Program-made: the position numbers and the translations under genes
Shown here: one piece after another, positions 1-10,322 of the stretch
Layout of the letters: each line of letters begins with the position of its first letter
How positions within the stretch are numbered: the stretch's first letter is position 1
Notes under the pieces: generated by a model
Database searches by the model: none
Seen by the model: the letters and a program-made list of their open reading frames with translations, nothing else
Told to the model about the DNA's origin: nothing
Source: Bacteroidota bacterium
GTDB lineage: Bacteria; Bacteroidota; Bacteroidia; B-17B0; Aurantibacillaceae
Length of the DNA stretch: 33,688 bases
Assembly: GCA_025359355.1 (NCBI GenBank)
Contig: JANYGR010000315.1
Location: 1-33,688 of the forward strand
Direction of reading: 5' to 3'

Positions 1-336
1 TAAATGCTTGTTAGAGCATGGAGAACAATCAAAAGTGAATTCTTGTATCCCACAATATTTCAAATCATCTCCTTCCAAAGGAGGCAAATTAAAAACATAT
101 TTTACTTTAAACCCTTCGATGTCATTTTTATTAGAATAAAATAATGTGTCACCATTTTTACTTTCATATAAAGAAGCGGTCTCTGAGTTATTTTTCTTAG
201 CCTTTTTAATTTCTCTATTTATTTCTTTTAAAATAGTTTTTTTATCATAAACCCCGCATGTAACAAAGTAAGGTAAAGTTTGACTTTTAATTATAAAAGA
301 AAAAATTACGAATATCAATACAATTAATTGTTTCAT
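1..336 (-). CDS. hypothetical secreted protein, partial (N-terminal 112 codons; 3' end runs off the window)
   Basis: Absent from the ORF track because no stop lies inside the window. Reverse-strand ATG at 334-336 is followed by 112 stop-free codons down to position 1 (MKQLIVLIFVIFSFIIKSQTLPYF...). The N-terminus is hydrophobic and signal-peptide-like. No family recognised. Confidence 0.45.
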   Translation of the reverse strand, partial: MKQLIVLIFVIFSFIIKSQTLPYFVTCGVYDKKTILKEINREIKKAKKNNSETASLYESKNGDTLFYSNKNDIEGFKVKYVFNLPPLEGDDLKYCGIQEFTFDCSPCSNKHL

Positions 337-434
337 TTAGATCTTATCTTAAAACGACTCAAACACATACTCAACCAGTTTAACCCTCATCAAATAAGCG
401 TGTTAGACTAATTAAATCATATTTCACATTATTT

Positions 435-1865
435 TTACTGAATATAGCTCAACTTAAGCATGTTCGTTCTGCCTTTTTCTTTCATAGGCATACTCGCTAA
501 GTTAATTACTAAATCGTCTGCTTTTACAAAACCACCATCCTTAATATAATCTTTCAAATCAGAAATAGTGTCATCCGTACTTTCATATTTATCATAATAG
601 AATCCACGTACACCCCATACTAAACTCAAGGCGTTTAATAAATATTGATTATCTGTAAAAATATAAATGTTGGCTTTTGGTCGGTGACTACTTAATTTAA
701 AGGCTGTATACCCACTGTGTGTCATTGATACAATAGCTGTTACATTGGCCTGTTTAGCCATCACACTGGCATTATAACAAATACTATCCGTAATGTATGT
801 GACAGTTTTTAATTCAGGCTGATGTTCTTTGTAATAAATACGATCATCACTTTCTATTTGTGTGATGATACGTTTCATGTATTCAATAACCTTAACCGGG
901 TAACGCCCAACAGATGTTTCTGCACTTAACATTACCGCATCAGCACCATCAAGCACGGCATTAGCTACGTCGTTTACTTCCGCTCTTGTTGGTGTATAAG
1001 CCGTAATCATACTCTCCATCATTTGTGTAGCAATAATAACAGGCTTAGAGGCAAGGATACATTTATTCACAATCATTTTTTGTAATAACGGCACTTGCTC
1101 CATAGGCATCTCTACGCCTAAGTCTCCACGTGCTACCATCACACCATCTGTTACTTCAATAATTTTATCAATCTCTTTAATAGCTTCTGGTTTTTCAATC
1201 TTAGCAATAACACGCGCTGGTTTTTTCTTAGAACGAATAATGTCTTTTAATTCAATGATGTCTGTTACGCTTCTTACAAAGGATAAACCAATCCATTCAA
1301 AATTATTTTCGAGTGCGAAATCTAAATCGCGTAAATCCTTTAATGTCAAGCAAGGCAATGAAATTTTTGTATTGGGTAAATTCACTCCTTTTTTAGATGA
1401 TAAGTTGCCTCCCGCAATAATCAACGCGCGAACTTCATCCTTACGATTGGTTTCTATAACCTTCAGTGTGATTTTTCCATCATCAATTAATACTAATTCA
1501 CCCGCAGATACGTCTTGAGGGAACTGAGGATACGTCATAAATATTTTTTCTGCCGTACCTATGCATTCCTTGGTTGTAATGGTTATTTCGTTGCCATTGA
1601 TTAATTCAGCCCCATTATTTTCCATCACACCAATGCGTAATTTAGGTCCTTGAAGATCGCCTAAAATACCAACGTTACGGTTTAATTTTTTATTTAAAAT
1701 GCGAATATTATCTACGACATGTTTGATTGGTTCGTAATCGCCATGAGAAAAGTTAATGCGGCAAATATCTAAACCTGCTAAAAATAATTCTTCAAGAACG
1801 GCAATGTTTTCGGTAGACGGACCCATAGTGGCCACAATCTTAGTTTTGTTATAATTAAAATTCAT
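435..1865 (-). CDS. pyk: pyruvate kinase
   Basis: 476-aa ORF. N-terminal KTKIVATMGPS, plus MVARGDLGVE and the overall length and architecture are typical of pyruvate kinase. Confidence 0.95.
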   Translation of the reverse strand: MNFNYNKTKIVATMGPSTENIAVLEELFLAGLDICRINFSHGDYEPIKHVVDNIRILNKKLNRNVGILGDLQGPKLRIGVMENNGAELINGNEITITTKECIGTAEKIFMTYPQFPQDVSAGELVLIDDGKITLKVIETNRKDEVRALIIAGGNLSSKKGVNLPNTKISLPCLTLKDLRDLDFALENNFEWIGLSFVRSVTDIIELKDIIRSKKKPARVIAKIEKPEAIKEIDKIIEVTDGVMVARGDLGVEMPMEQVPLLQKMIVNKCILASKPVIIATQMMESMITAYTPTRAEVNDVANAVLDGADAVMLSAETSVGRYPVKVIEYMKRIITQIESDDRIYYKEHQPELKTVTYITDSICYNASVMAKQANVTAIVSMTHSGYTAFKLSSHRPKANIYIFTDNQYLLNALSLVWGVRGFYYDKYESTDDTISDLKDYIKDGGFVKADDLVINLASMPMKEKGRTNMLKLSYIQ

Positions 1866-2040
1866 ATGTAGATATTATTTTTTGTTGTCATATGGAATAC
1901 GCCTGTCTTCATTGATGTTTGTTAGAAACAAACTCTTTGTAAATGGCTATTTCATAATGCTTTTTATTACCACGAATGTAGTTATTTCGTTTGTAAATTC
2001 ATATTTATTAAATTATTACGCTATTAGCAGAATGAGCCTA

Positions 2041-3462
2041 TTAATGCGCTACATCTGATTTCACATCGTAGTCGATTCCTTGTGCCTTTAAGATGCCTTT
2101 TACTTTCCATGCGTAAAATGCTAAATATCCAAAACAAAATACAGTAACAATATATGATGCATGAGGATTAATGGCATCTACCAAAAGCCCTTGTAATGGC
2201 GGAATGATGGCGCCACCAAAAATCATCATCACTAATAACGATGAACCTTGATTTGTATATTTCCCTAAACCATTAATGGCTAATGCAAAAATACAAGGCC
2301 ACATCACCGAACAAAATAAACCACCACTCATAAAAGAATACAAGGCCAAATTACCAGTTGTAACTAATCCAACAATCATCATGGCACAGGCTGTTAATGC
2401 CAATATCAAAAGGGTTTTAGCAGGATTGTCGCCAGAAATAATAAAGATGACAGAAGCTAAAATAACATATGGGATGTAATATAAATAATCATCTACCTGA
2501 CTACCTCGCAATAAATTTACCCCATAAATAATGGCAAAAGCAATCAATGGCATGACTAATTGTAATATCAATTTATTAGTTTTTCCTACGTTAAACGCAC
2601 CAATAGAGCCTGTCCAACGACCTATCATTAAACTGCCCCAATACAAAGAAATAAAATGTGATATTTTAGTATGGTCCAACCCTTTGATTTCAGGCATTTT
2701 TAATAGTGCCCCCATATTACTTTGTATCGTCACCTCTACTCCTACATATACAAAAATAGCTAGCATTCCCAATGTCAATTGAGGAAATTTTAAAGCACCA
2801 AGTTCTTTCGTTGTTACATCGCTATCTTTTGAATTAGCTGATATAACAGGTAGTTTAGAGAACCATAAAATAGTAGCGCACAATATAAATAATAAAAATA
2901 AAATTAAGGCTGGTGTTTTAACAGCATCTAAACTACTGTCGGCTGCAGCTGGCGCATTGATATTGCCAAATAATGCAAAACTTAAAATAACAGGGCCTAT
3001 TGTGGTACCAAAGGAATTAATTCCTCCTGCTAAGTTCAAGCGTTGCGCTCCTGTTTCTTTATCTCCAAAATTAATTACAAAGGGATTCGCTACTATCTGC
3101 TGCAAAGCAAACCCTAAGCCTATAATGAACAAAGCGCAAAGTAACAATGGATATGAATTGAAACTAGCTGCTGGTATAAAAAATAAAGATCCGATAGCGG
3201 AAACTAATAAGCCAAGGATTAATGCTTTTTTATATCCCATTTTAAATATTGGATCGCCACTTGAGCGCGAAATAATAAAATAGATGAGCGAGCCTACGCC
3301 ATAAGCAGCATAAAAAGATAAATCTACTAACTGCGATTGAAATTGAGAAAGTTCGAATTTAGCCTTAAATAAAGGGATAAGAATGCCATTGCTTGCTGCA
3401 ACAAAGCCCCAAAAGAAAAATACAGAAATTAATGCGACAAAAGATGATTGAAGTTTTTGCAT
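2041..3462 (-). CDS. sugar MFS transporter (FucP / glucose-galactose GluP subgroup)
   Basis: 473-aa polytopic hydrophobic ORF. The N-terminal FFFWGFVAASNGILIPLFK segment and the 12-TM-like layout resemble fucose:H+ / glucose-galactose permeases. Confidence 0.8.
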   Translation of the reverse strand: MQKLQSSFVALISVFFFWGFVAASNGILIPLFKAKFELSQFQSQLVDLSFYAAYGVGSLIYFIISRSSGDPIFKMGYKKALILGLLVSAIGSLFFIPAASFNSYPLLLCALFIIGLGFALQQIVANPFVINFGDKETGAQRLNLAGGINSFGTTIGPVILSFALFGNINAPAAADSSLDAVKTPALILFLLFILCATILWFSKLPVISANSKDSDVTTKELGALKFPQLTLGMLAIFVYVGVEVTIQSNMGALLKMPEIKGLDHTKISHFISLYWGSLMIGRWTGSIGAFNVGKTNKLILQLVMPLIAFAIIYGVNLLRGSQVDDYLYYIPYVILASVIFIISGDNPAKTLLILALTACAMMIVGLVTTGNLALYSFMSGGLFCSVMWPCIFALAINGLGKYTNQGSSLLVMMIFGGAIIPPLQGLLVDAINPHASYIVTVFCFGYLAFYAWKVKGILKAQGIDYDVKSDVAH

Positions 3463-3605
3463 AATAGGTGTTTAATAATACCCCACAAGTTATATTTTTA
3501 GCTCGTACATTCATCGTCAAACTTATTGCATTATCAACAGTGTATTATTAACTACTTCATATAAAAAACTGATAACTCATCATACATAACTCATAACTTT
3601 AAAGC

Positions 3606-4493
3606 ATGGAATTACTAACACCAACACACTGGAACGATTACGAATTATTAGATTGTGGCGATTTTGAAAAGCTTGAACGCTTTGGCAAATACATCACCAT
3701 ACGCCCCGAACCACAAGCGGTTTGGAAAAAAATATATACCCAAGCAGAATGGGAAAAGCAAGCTCACGTTAAATTTATTTCTAAATCTTCATCTAGTGGC
3801 GAATGGAAAATGTTGAAGAAAATGCCAGAGCAATGGCATATCGAATATCCTTTAAACAGTGTGCAACACCGCACTCAAACATTAGATTTCAGATTGGGCT
3901 TAACCTCGTTTAAACATGTCGGTATTTTTCCAGAACAAGCTTGTAACTGGGATGTCATCCATCAATTTTTAGTAGGCTTAGATAAACCAAAATTTTTAAA
4001 TTTATTTGCCTACACAGGCGGGGCTTCAATTGCGGCGCGTGCGGCTGGTGCTGACGTTACACATGTTGATAGCATCAAACAAGTAGTTAGTTGGGCAAAT
4101 GAAAATATGCAAAATTCTCATTTAGATAATATTCGTTGGATGGTAGACGATGCGCTTAAGTTTGTGAAAAAAGAACAACGACGCGGAAATCTATATCAAG
4201 GAATTATTTTAGATCCGCCTGCTTTTGGCCATGGCCCTAATGGCGAAAAATGGAAACTAGAAGATAATATTTTAGAAATGATTGATAGCGTGTTGCAAAT
4301 TTTAGATCCCAAACAACACCTGCTTATTCTAAATGCTTATTCACTGGGGTTTTCAGCTTTAGTACCTCAAAATTTATTACAACCATTTGCAACAAAACAT
4401 AAATCAAAACTAAGTATTGGCGAATTATATTTAGAAGCAAAAAGTGGTGTTAACTTGCCGTTAGGCGTTTGGGGCAGATTGGAGAAGAAATAG
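3606..4493 (+). CDS. class I SAM-dependent methyltransferase (RlmI-like catalytic domain, no PUA domain)
   Basis: 295 aa. LNLFAYTGGASIAAR is a SAM-binding glycine-rich motif. ILDPPAFG is a DPP[AS]F catalytic motif as in the RlmI/YccW family. Confidence 0.75.
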   Translation: MELLTPTHWNDYELLDCGDFEKLERFGKYITIRPEPQAVWKKIYTQAEWEKQAHVKFISKSSSSGEWKMLKKMPEQWHIEYPLNSVQHRTQTLDFRLGLTSFKHVGIFPEQACNWDVIHQFLVGLDKPKFLNLFAYTGGASIAARAAGADVTHVDSIKQVVSWANENMQNSHLDNIRWMVDDALKFVKKEQRRGNLYQGIILDPPAFGHGPNGEKWKLEDNILEMIDSVLQILDPKQHLLILNAYSLGFSALVPQNLLQPFATKHKSKLSIGELYLEAKSGVNLPLGVWGRLEKK

Positions 4494-4596
4494 TTTTACT
4501 GTTAAAAAAATGTAATTCCAAATTGATTACATAAACAAGTTCAATATAATATATACTTTCATCGCGTTATTGAAACTATCATTTATTTGACGACGT

Positions 4597-5358
4597 ATGA
4601 AATACTCCCTATTTAATTTCTTTCTATTAGCCTTGTTTATTATTAGCGGAAGCTATAATTTATCAGCGCAAAAATCCGACTCTATTATGCTAATTAATAG
4701 AAAATATAAACATGAGGTTGGTATTGATGTTCAAGGGCTTATTCAAAGAAATTTGGGTTCAACACTTATTTTAAAAATAAAACGAAAAGAAAAATTAGTT
4801 AATCTAACTGGCAGTAAAAACTTTAGATTCCAACTAAATTTAAGCGGCACCTTTCCTGTTTCAGAAAAAACAACACAAATAGATTCTGCTCAGTATCGTT
4901 ATAGTAATAAAGGAGCAAGTTCATTCACAATTCAACCCATGTTTGGCATTGAACGTATTAAGTTTTACGGAAAATTCAATTTTTATTATGGTGTAGATTT
5001 TGGTCCATATTACTCATATATAGATAATGGTTATATGGCTTTTAAATATACTTATTTAAATAGTGGTGTTAATGGTTACAACAATACTAACGGTGGCCCT
5101 ATTGAAACTCAATCAAAAAAGTATGGTGTTTCTGTTGCTCCATTTATTGGTATAAAATACCGTATTTCTTCTCATTTCAGCGCTAGTTTGGAGTCTTGCT
5201 TTTATTTATCCTATTTTATAACTAAAGAAAAAAGTTACAATATCCCCTATTATTATAACCCAAGTAATTCAACTGTTTTAATCAGTGAAAAAACCGCTCA
5301 CGGCTTTGATTTTTCCATGAAATATCTTCGATTTCTAACTATTAATTATCATTTATAA
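4597..5358 (+). CDS. hypothetical exported protein, possibly an outer-membrane beta-barrel
   Basis: 253 aa. Signal peptide MKYSLFNFFLLALFIISGSYNLSAQ. Composition is rich in Tyr/Gly/Ser/Asn with alternating hydrophobic pattern. No family recognised. Confidence 0.5.
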   Translation: MKYSLFNFFLLALFIISGSYNLSAQKSDSIMLINRKYKHEVGIDVQGLIQRNLGSTLILKIKRKEKLVNLTGSKNFRFQLNLSGTFPVSEKTTQIDSAQYRYSNKGASSFTIQPMFGIERIKFYGKFNFYYGVDFGPYYSYIDNGYMAFKYTYLNSGVNGYNNTNGGPIETQSKKYGVSVAPFIGIKYRISSHFSASLESCFYLSYFITKEKSYNIPYYYNPSNSTVLISEKTAHGFDFSMKYLRFLTINYHL

Positions 5359-5374
5359 GAGGTAGTAATAATTC

Positions 5375-7357
5375 TTATTTCAAATAACTCACAGCGATGA
5401 TTTGTATTTTTCGTTCCATAGCCGCATAAGGGCTGTAAACGGAATTTCTCACATCTTTCACATCATCACTTACTTTACTAACTGGTAACTCACCAATGTC
5501 TTCATTCGTAAATTCAATATTTCCTTCCGCAGGGTTTGTATTATTGACATACTTCACAAACTCTCCATTGTTATATTCTAAAAAATAATTTTGCAAACTA
5601 CTAATACGTCGTTTTGCTAAGTTTACATTATAATCCGTGCTTGCTAACGGGCTACAATAGCCTTTCATGGTGATTTTTACTTTTTCGCCACGTGCTAAAA
5701 CTTGTTCTAATAATAACGCAAATTTTTCAAGGTCTTGCATTCCTGCATCTACACTGTCTTCAAAGAAATTCTCGACACGGTTTTGTGCTAAATTTTTCGC
5801 ATCGCCTTCCAATCCTTTTGTGTATTCTACAAAATATTTTGGTTTCAATACCGTGTAATCTTCATAGGTTTTTTTATAATTTTTTTTCGTAACAATCACT
5901 TTCGTTTTTGGTTCTGGTTCATCATTATGAAAATATAAAGTTAACGGACACAACACTTTCATTTGATTAATAATAAGCGCTGTTGTGTCAATTGGCTTTG
6001 GTGGCTCAGTAAGAGGAGTTATAGGAAAACTATAAATATCATTGCAGCAACTCGGTTTATCTTCAAAATAAGAACCTATACGATTAGAAGAAATATAGGC
6101 TTTATCTTTTTTAGAATTAATACTATAATAAATATCGTTATAACTACTATTAATCGGATACCCTAAATTTTGTGCGTCTGTAAATTCACGCTGTGCTGAG
6201 CTTGCCGAAGTATTGTTTTTATACTCCGATTTAAAAATATCAAAGTTACCTAAACCCTTATGCCATGTGCTGCTAAAAAAAAGCGTATTGTTTTCTTTCA
6301 CATACCAAGGAGTAATTTCATCTTCTATCGAATTTATTTTTTTTCCTGCATTTATAGGGGTTTCAAAAGATTCATCTTTATTCATATAAGCATACCAAAT
6401 ATCCATCGCTCCTTCTCCCGCCCCTCTATCACTGGCAAAAAACAACACATCCTTTCCATTCAATTCGCTAAAACATGGTTGCGTGGTATTACTTCCATCC
6501 ACATTAATGGGAGCAGGTAATTTTTGCAAATCGGTCCAATGTCCATCTTTAAAATTAGATACATAAATTTCACATTTATATTGACTGGCATTGATAGCGC
6601 CACAGCGCGATACAAAGATTTTAGTGAAATCCGCATTGAAACTCGTATTGGCATTATGAATTCCATTTTTATTAAACAAACTATCAAGCTCTTTGGCTTT
6701 TAAAAATTTATTTTCTTTAATGGGCGATTTATGAGCCGTATATAATTTATTAAACCCAACGCCATTAGCGTCACTCTTTGATTTATCTCGTAATGATGAA
6801 AAATATAACAAGCTGTCGTACTCAAAGGGAGCATACTCACTCACCTTAGAATTTACCATACTATCTAAATGTAAAATTTTTACGTCCACCGGATTTTTCA
6901 CTAAGATCTGAGCTATGTCGCAAGCCTCAAATTCTTGCTTCGCTTTAAGTGCCAATTGCTTTTTTATTTTGTCTTTACTGTTCTTTTGTTTTTTATAATA
7001 TTTGTCGAAATATTTTTTTGCATCCTTGTATTTACCAGTGTTTTTGAGCTGTGTAGCAATATAAAAAGGAACTTCGGTATATGTTTTACCATTATCTTGC
7101 TTAAAGATTTTTTCATACCAATGCAACGCCGTAGCATTATCATAATTTAAACGAGAGGCATCAGCAAACAATAATTGATATGTTACATTAGACGAATCGA
7201 TTAAAATAATTTGATTATAAATTTGTGTAGCTGATGAATAATCTTTTATACTGATGGCATCAGAGCCCTGTTTTAATAATTGCTTGATGCTTTGAGCCTT
7301 TGTATTAACAAGCATTCCAAAGCAAAGTATAAAAAGATAAATTGTTTTTTTAAACAT
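5375..7357 (-). CDS. PorE-like OmpA family protein (TPR + PD40/WD40-like beta-propeller repeats + C-terminal OmpA-like peptidoglycan-binding domain)
   Basis: 660 aa with a signal peptide. TPR-like N-terminal region (ATQIYNQIILID..., ALHWYEKIFK...). TolB/PD40-like repeats (SEYAPFEYDSLLYFSS; LFFASDRGAGEGAMDIWY; LFFSSTWHKGLGNFDIF). C-terminal OmpA_C-like segment (ITMKGYCSPLASTDYNVNLAKRRISSLQNYF). Starts 6 nt after the PorP/SprF stop. Confidence 0.8.
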   Translation of the reverse strand: MFKKTIYLFILCFGMLVNTKAQSIKQLLKQGSDAISIKDYSSATQIYNQIILIDSSNVTYQLLFADASRLNYDNATALHWYEKIFKQDNGKTYTEVPFYIATQLKNTGKYKDAKKYFDKYYKKQKNSKDKIKKQLALKAKQEFEACDIAQILVKNPVDVKILHLDSMVNSKVSEYAPFEYDSLLYFSSLRDKSKSDANGVGFNKLYTAHKSPIKENKFLKAKELDSLFNKNGIHNANTSFNADFTKIFVSRCGAINASQYKCEIYVSNFKDGHWTDLQKLPAPINVDGSNTTQPCFSELNGKDVLFFASDRGAGEGAMDIWYAYMNKDESFETPINAGKKINSIEDEITPWYVKENNTLFFSSTWHKGLGNFDIFKSEYKNNTSASSAQREFTDAQNLGYPINSSYNDIYYSINSKKDKAYISSNRIGSYFEDKPSCCNDIYSFPITPLTEPPKPIDTTALIINQMKVLCPLTLYFHNDEPEPKTKVIVTKKNYKKTYEDYTVLKPKYFVEYTKGLEGDAKNLAQNRVENFFEDSVDAGMQDLEKFALLLEQVLARGEKVKITMKGYCSPLASTDYNVNLAKRRISSLQNYFLEYNNGEFVKYVNNTNPAEGNIEFTNEDIGELPVSKVSDDVKDVRNSVYSPYAAMERKIQIIAVSYLK

Positions 7358-7363
7358 AAGGTT

Positions 7364-8419
7364 TTACATATAAATAGGGCACACGCGAGTTTTAGGTACA
7401 AACGGAATTACTTTTTTGAAAATATAGGTCACATAAAATTCAATGGCTCCCTTATGACTGGTAGCTGCATTAAATTTACTTGTATTAACGTCGTAACTAA
7501 TTCCAGCAGTTAATGTTTTAATTTGATAGCCAACACGAGCAATTACAGCATCACTTGTTCTATAATACAATCCTACGGACGCAGACTGATTTGTTTTTTG
7601 ATCTAACAAAAAGCGCAACTGCGTGCCAGGAACAATTTCGTTATACTTGCCTTGGTGTGAGTATAGTAACTCTGCAACAATGTCTATTTTGGGCGCAATC
7701 GGGTATTGAAAACACACATAATTATTTAACTTAGCATCTAATCGAATACTGGTATTATTTTGAAAAGTTAATGTAGGACTTGTAAAATGATGATACGAAA
7801 TGCCATACTGCACAAAAGCCCTTTGTTTAATAGCATACTGGAGAGCCGTACCAATATTGAAATCGCCAAAAGTAGTTGCGTTTTTTGCAAAATTTTCACC
7901 AGTATTATTAGAAGAACTGTAGGAATTACCTTGATACTGATCATCAAAGGTCATTCGGTTATAATTAAATGCACTGTTAGAAATGCCTGCCGTTAAGCCT
8001 GTAGTCCATAACAAGGTAGAATCTTTATTTACTTTATGAATATACGACCCCGATAAATACAATTGATTCGTATTGTAATACGTATCGCCTGCTTTATCAT
8101 TATTAAATACGATGCCTATTCCAAAACAATCGCTTTTCATTTTTTTAGTTTTAAAACGTCCGTCAGCTGCAAATGAAATGGTGCGATAAGGAACAGGTAC
8201 ACTCGACCACTGACTGCGATAAATAGCATTAACGCGGTAATCACCATCAAATAGCCCAGTAAAAGCAGGATTCGCGTTTAAGATAGAACCATTGTATTGA
8301 GAGAAGTGTATATCTTGCCCATATAAAAAGGTTACTTGAAGTAAGAGTAAAGTTGTTCGGAAAAAACTTTTTCTTAGCTTAAATAAACAAAAAAATATGT
8401 CGGATAACTTTTTTATCAT
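7364..8419 (-). CDS. PorP/SprF family type IX secretion system membrane protein
   Basis: 351 aa. Family N-terminal signature QDIHFSQYNGSILNANPAFTG, beta-barrel-like composition, and C-terminal tail FVPKTRVCPIYM. Its ATG overlaps the upstream adhesin stop (ATGA at 8416-8419). Confidence 0.85.
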   Translation of the reverse strand: MIKKLSDIFFCLFKLRKSFFRTTLLLLQVTFLYGQDIHFSQYNGSILNANPAFTGLFDGDYRVNAIYRSQWSSVPVPYRTISFAADGRFKTKKMKSDCFGIGIVFNNDKAGDTYYNTNQLYLSGSYIHKVNKDSTLLWTTGLTAGISNSAFNYNRMTFDDQYQGNSYSSSNNTGENFAKNATTFGDFNIGTALQYAIKQRAFVQYGISYHHFTSPTLTFQNNTSIRLDAKLNNYVCFQYPIAPKIDIVAELLYSHQGKYNEIVPGTQLRFLLDQKTNQSASVGLYYRTSDAVIARVGYQIKTLTAGISYDVNTSKFNAATSHKGAIEFYVTYIFKKVIPFVPKTRVCPIYM

Positions 8420-10134
8420 CGTATAAGTGTCACGTTTCCTTTTTTAAAAATCTCAACACTACCTTCACTACATTTCGCTTTTATATAATATCCAAAAACA
8501 CCTGCGTCTGATTGTTTGCCCTTAAATGTGCCATCCCAGCCTTGTGTAGGATCAGTCGTGTCATACATTAATTCTCCCCAACGGTCGTACACTGCTAAAT
8601 AAAATATTTCGTAAAGTGGTCCTCGTATTTTGAAAATATCATTATGCCCATCTCCATTAGGTGTAAATGTATTTGGAATAAATAAATCAGGATTAGGATT
8701 GATATTAACTGTTTGTGCAACTAAAGTATCAACACAATTAACCGAATTAGGAATATAGGTGATCAATGTAATCGGAAAACTTCCAGCTGCTGGAAAATTA
8801 TGTGAAGGGTTTTGAATGTGAGACGTATCGCCATCGCCAAAATTCCAATTCCACAGAGTTGTAGTGCCTGGAGGCGATTCCACACTTCCCTTAAATTCCA
8901 CTAAATTATTTGAACATGGCACAGGTGAAAATGTAAAGTTCGCCTTAAATGAATTACTGATTGCTACAGTAGTTGTTACCGTGTCGTTACATAACGGTTT
9001 GTTACTCACGTATGCCACCAAGGTAACTGAGTAAATCCCTGTGCTTGGATAGATATAGGTAGGATTCGTGAAATGCGATGTGTCGGCCATTGTAGTGGGA
9101 TCGCCAAAATACCAGTTGTAATTTAAACTTGTGCCTGTACTATTATTCACAAACGATGCCGATGTTGTGCCACAAATTGCCTGCGGTACTTGAGCAGCGG
9201 CTACAACCACACTAGGACAAGGCTTCACAATTAATTGAAAATCACGTTTTGTTTCACTTAAAAACACACCATGTCTATATTCTTTCACCTTAATTCCTAT
9301 TACAAAATAACCTTGCAGATTGGGAGTGGCTGTTACTAATCCTGTTTGCGCGTTCACAACCATAGGCACGCCTCCTAGCATATCTGTTGTGCTATAGGGT
9401 GCTTTCCATGGTACTGCAAAAAATGGTGGCGGAACGGGCGTGCTGGTACAACTTGCTGGAGGTGCACCACAACTGACTACTGTGCTTGGTCCAATGCTAC
9501 TAATGATAGGGCAATTAGCATTTAATCCATTATATGGTTGAAAGAGTTCATACACCAAGGAATCCCCATCATAGTCAATAGCCGAATGATCGAATATCCA
9601 TGGTTTATTAACACAAATAAATGGTGGTGGCCAATTTTTGAAAACTGGATTACTATTAATAGGCTCTACTTCCGATCCTGGAATGCTCGAATAATAAGTC
9701 GCACCAATGCATTCGGGTGTAATTAAATTTAAGATATTAATATTGCGACAACACCGTTGATACGATAATTGATAACCTCCTACTAATGGCGGTAATGTAA
9801 TTGTATCAATATAAGTAGTTACTTCATAACAAAAATCGAGAGGCGGTATAGTACAAGGATCGCTAATCGTAGGCGCTAAAGTGTCTAATCCTCTGAACAC
9901 CATTTGCAAGGTTTGCACAGGGTTATTGTTTTTATCGAAAACGCCCACTGTTGCTGGATTATCAAAAGGAGGAACGCCAACCCAACAGTCGCGATATACT
10001 GTTAAGCGAATCTCGTATTTATCAAATCCCAAATATTTATAATTCATTTCGCCACCCACAATATGGGTTGCTTGAATTCTATTCGTAAATAAGAATATGG
10101 CAAGAAGTGTTAAGAGTAATAAACGTTTTTGCAT
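8416..10134 (-). CDS. T9SS type-B sorting domain (gliding motility-associated C-terminal domain) surface protein with PKD repeats
   Basis: 572 aa. Signal peptide MQKRLLLLTLLAIFLFTNRIQA and an N-terminal THIVGGEMNYKY...VYRDC module. Two PKD-like repeats (NYNWYFGDPTT...GIYSVTLVAY; LWNWNFGDGDTSHIQNPSHNF). C-terminal FTPNGDGHNDIF...YDRWGELMY...GWDGTFKGK...GYYI...KKGNVTLIR. Confidence 0.85.
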   Translation of the reverse strand: MQKRLLLLTLLAIFLFTNRIQATHIVGGEMNYKYLGFDKYEIRLTVYRDCWVGVPPFDNPATVGVFDKNNNPVQTLQMVFRGLDTLAPTISDPCTIPPLDFCYEVTTYIDTITLPPLVGGYQLSYQRCCRNINILNLITPECIGATYYSSIPGSEVEPINSNPVFKNWPPPFICVNKPWIFDHSAIDYDGDSLVYELFQPYNGLNANCPIISSIGPSTVVSCGAPPASCTSTPVPPPFFAVPWKAPYSTTDMLGGVPMVVNAQTGLVTATPNLQGYFVIGIKVKEYRHGVFLSETKRDFQLIVKPCPSVVVAAAQVPQAICGTTSASFVNNSTGTSLNYNWYFGDPTTMADTSHFTNPTYIYPSTGIYSVTLVAYVSNKPLCNDTVTTTVAISNSFKANFTFSPVPCSNNLVEFKGSVESPPGTTTLWNWNFGDGDTSHIQNPSHNFPAAGSFPITLITYIPNSVNCVDTLVAQTVNINPNPDLFIPNTFTPNGDGHNDIFKIRGPLYEIFYLAVYDRWGELMYDTTDPTQGWDGTFKGKQSDAGVFGYYIKAKCSEGSVEIFKKGNVTLIR

Positions 10135-10153
10135 ATACTAAAATAGTCATTTT

Positions 10154-10222
10154 TTACATATAAATAGGGCATACTCGAGTTTTAGGCACAAAGGTTTTTT
10201 TGGAACACATATAATCTAGCAC
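10154..10222 (-). pseudogene. relic 3' end of a third PorP/SprF gene (last about 15-22 codons plus stop only)
   Basis: The reverse strand reads VLDYMCSKKTFVPKTRVCPIYM*, with an in-frame stop immediately upstream. The last 13 residues and about 45 nt match the 3' ends of both intact PorP/SprF genes (7364.. and 10768..). By manual alignment, 41/45 nt are identical to the 10768 copy. Confidence 0.65.
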
Positions 10223-10322
10223 TTAGTTGTAATTTAAACATTTTACGTTAGCTTTATTATAAGATTATTGCAACAAGATAAAATATACAAACATATTTAT
10301 TACTTCAGGGAAAAAATAGTTT

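Noticed and set aside
1915-1936. Small hairpin GTTTGT-TAGAA-ACAAAC upstream of pyk and downstream of the MFS transporter gene
   Set aside because: The stem is only 6 bp and AT-rich, with no U tract on the relevant (minus) strand. That is insufficient to call a terminator.
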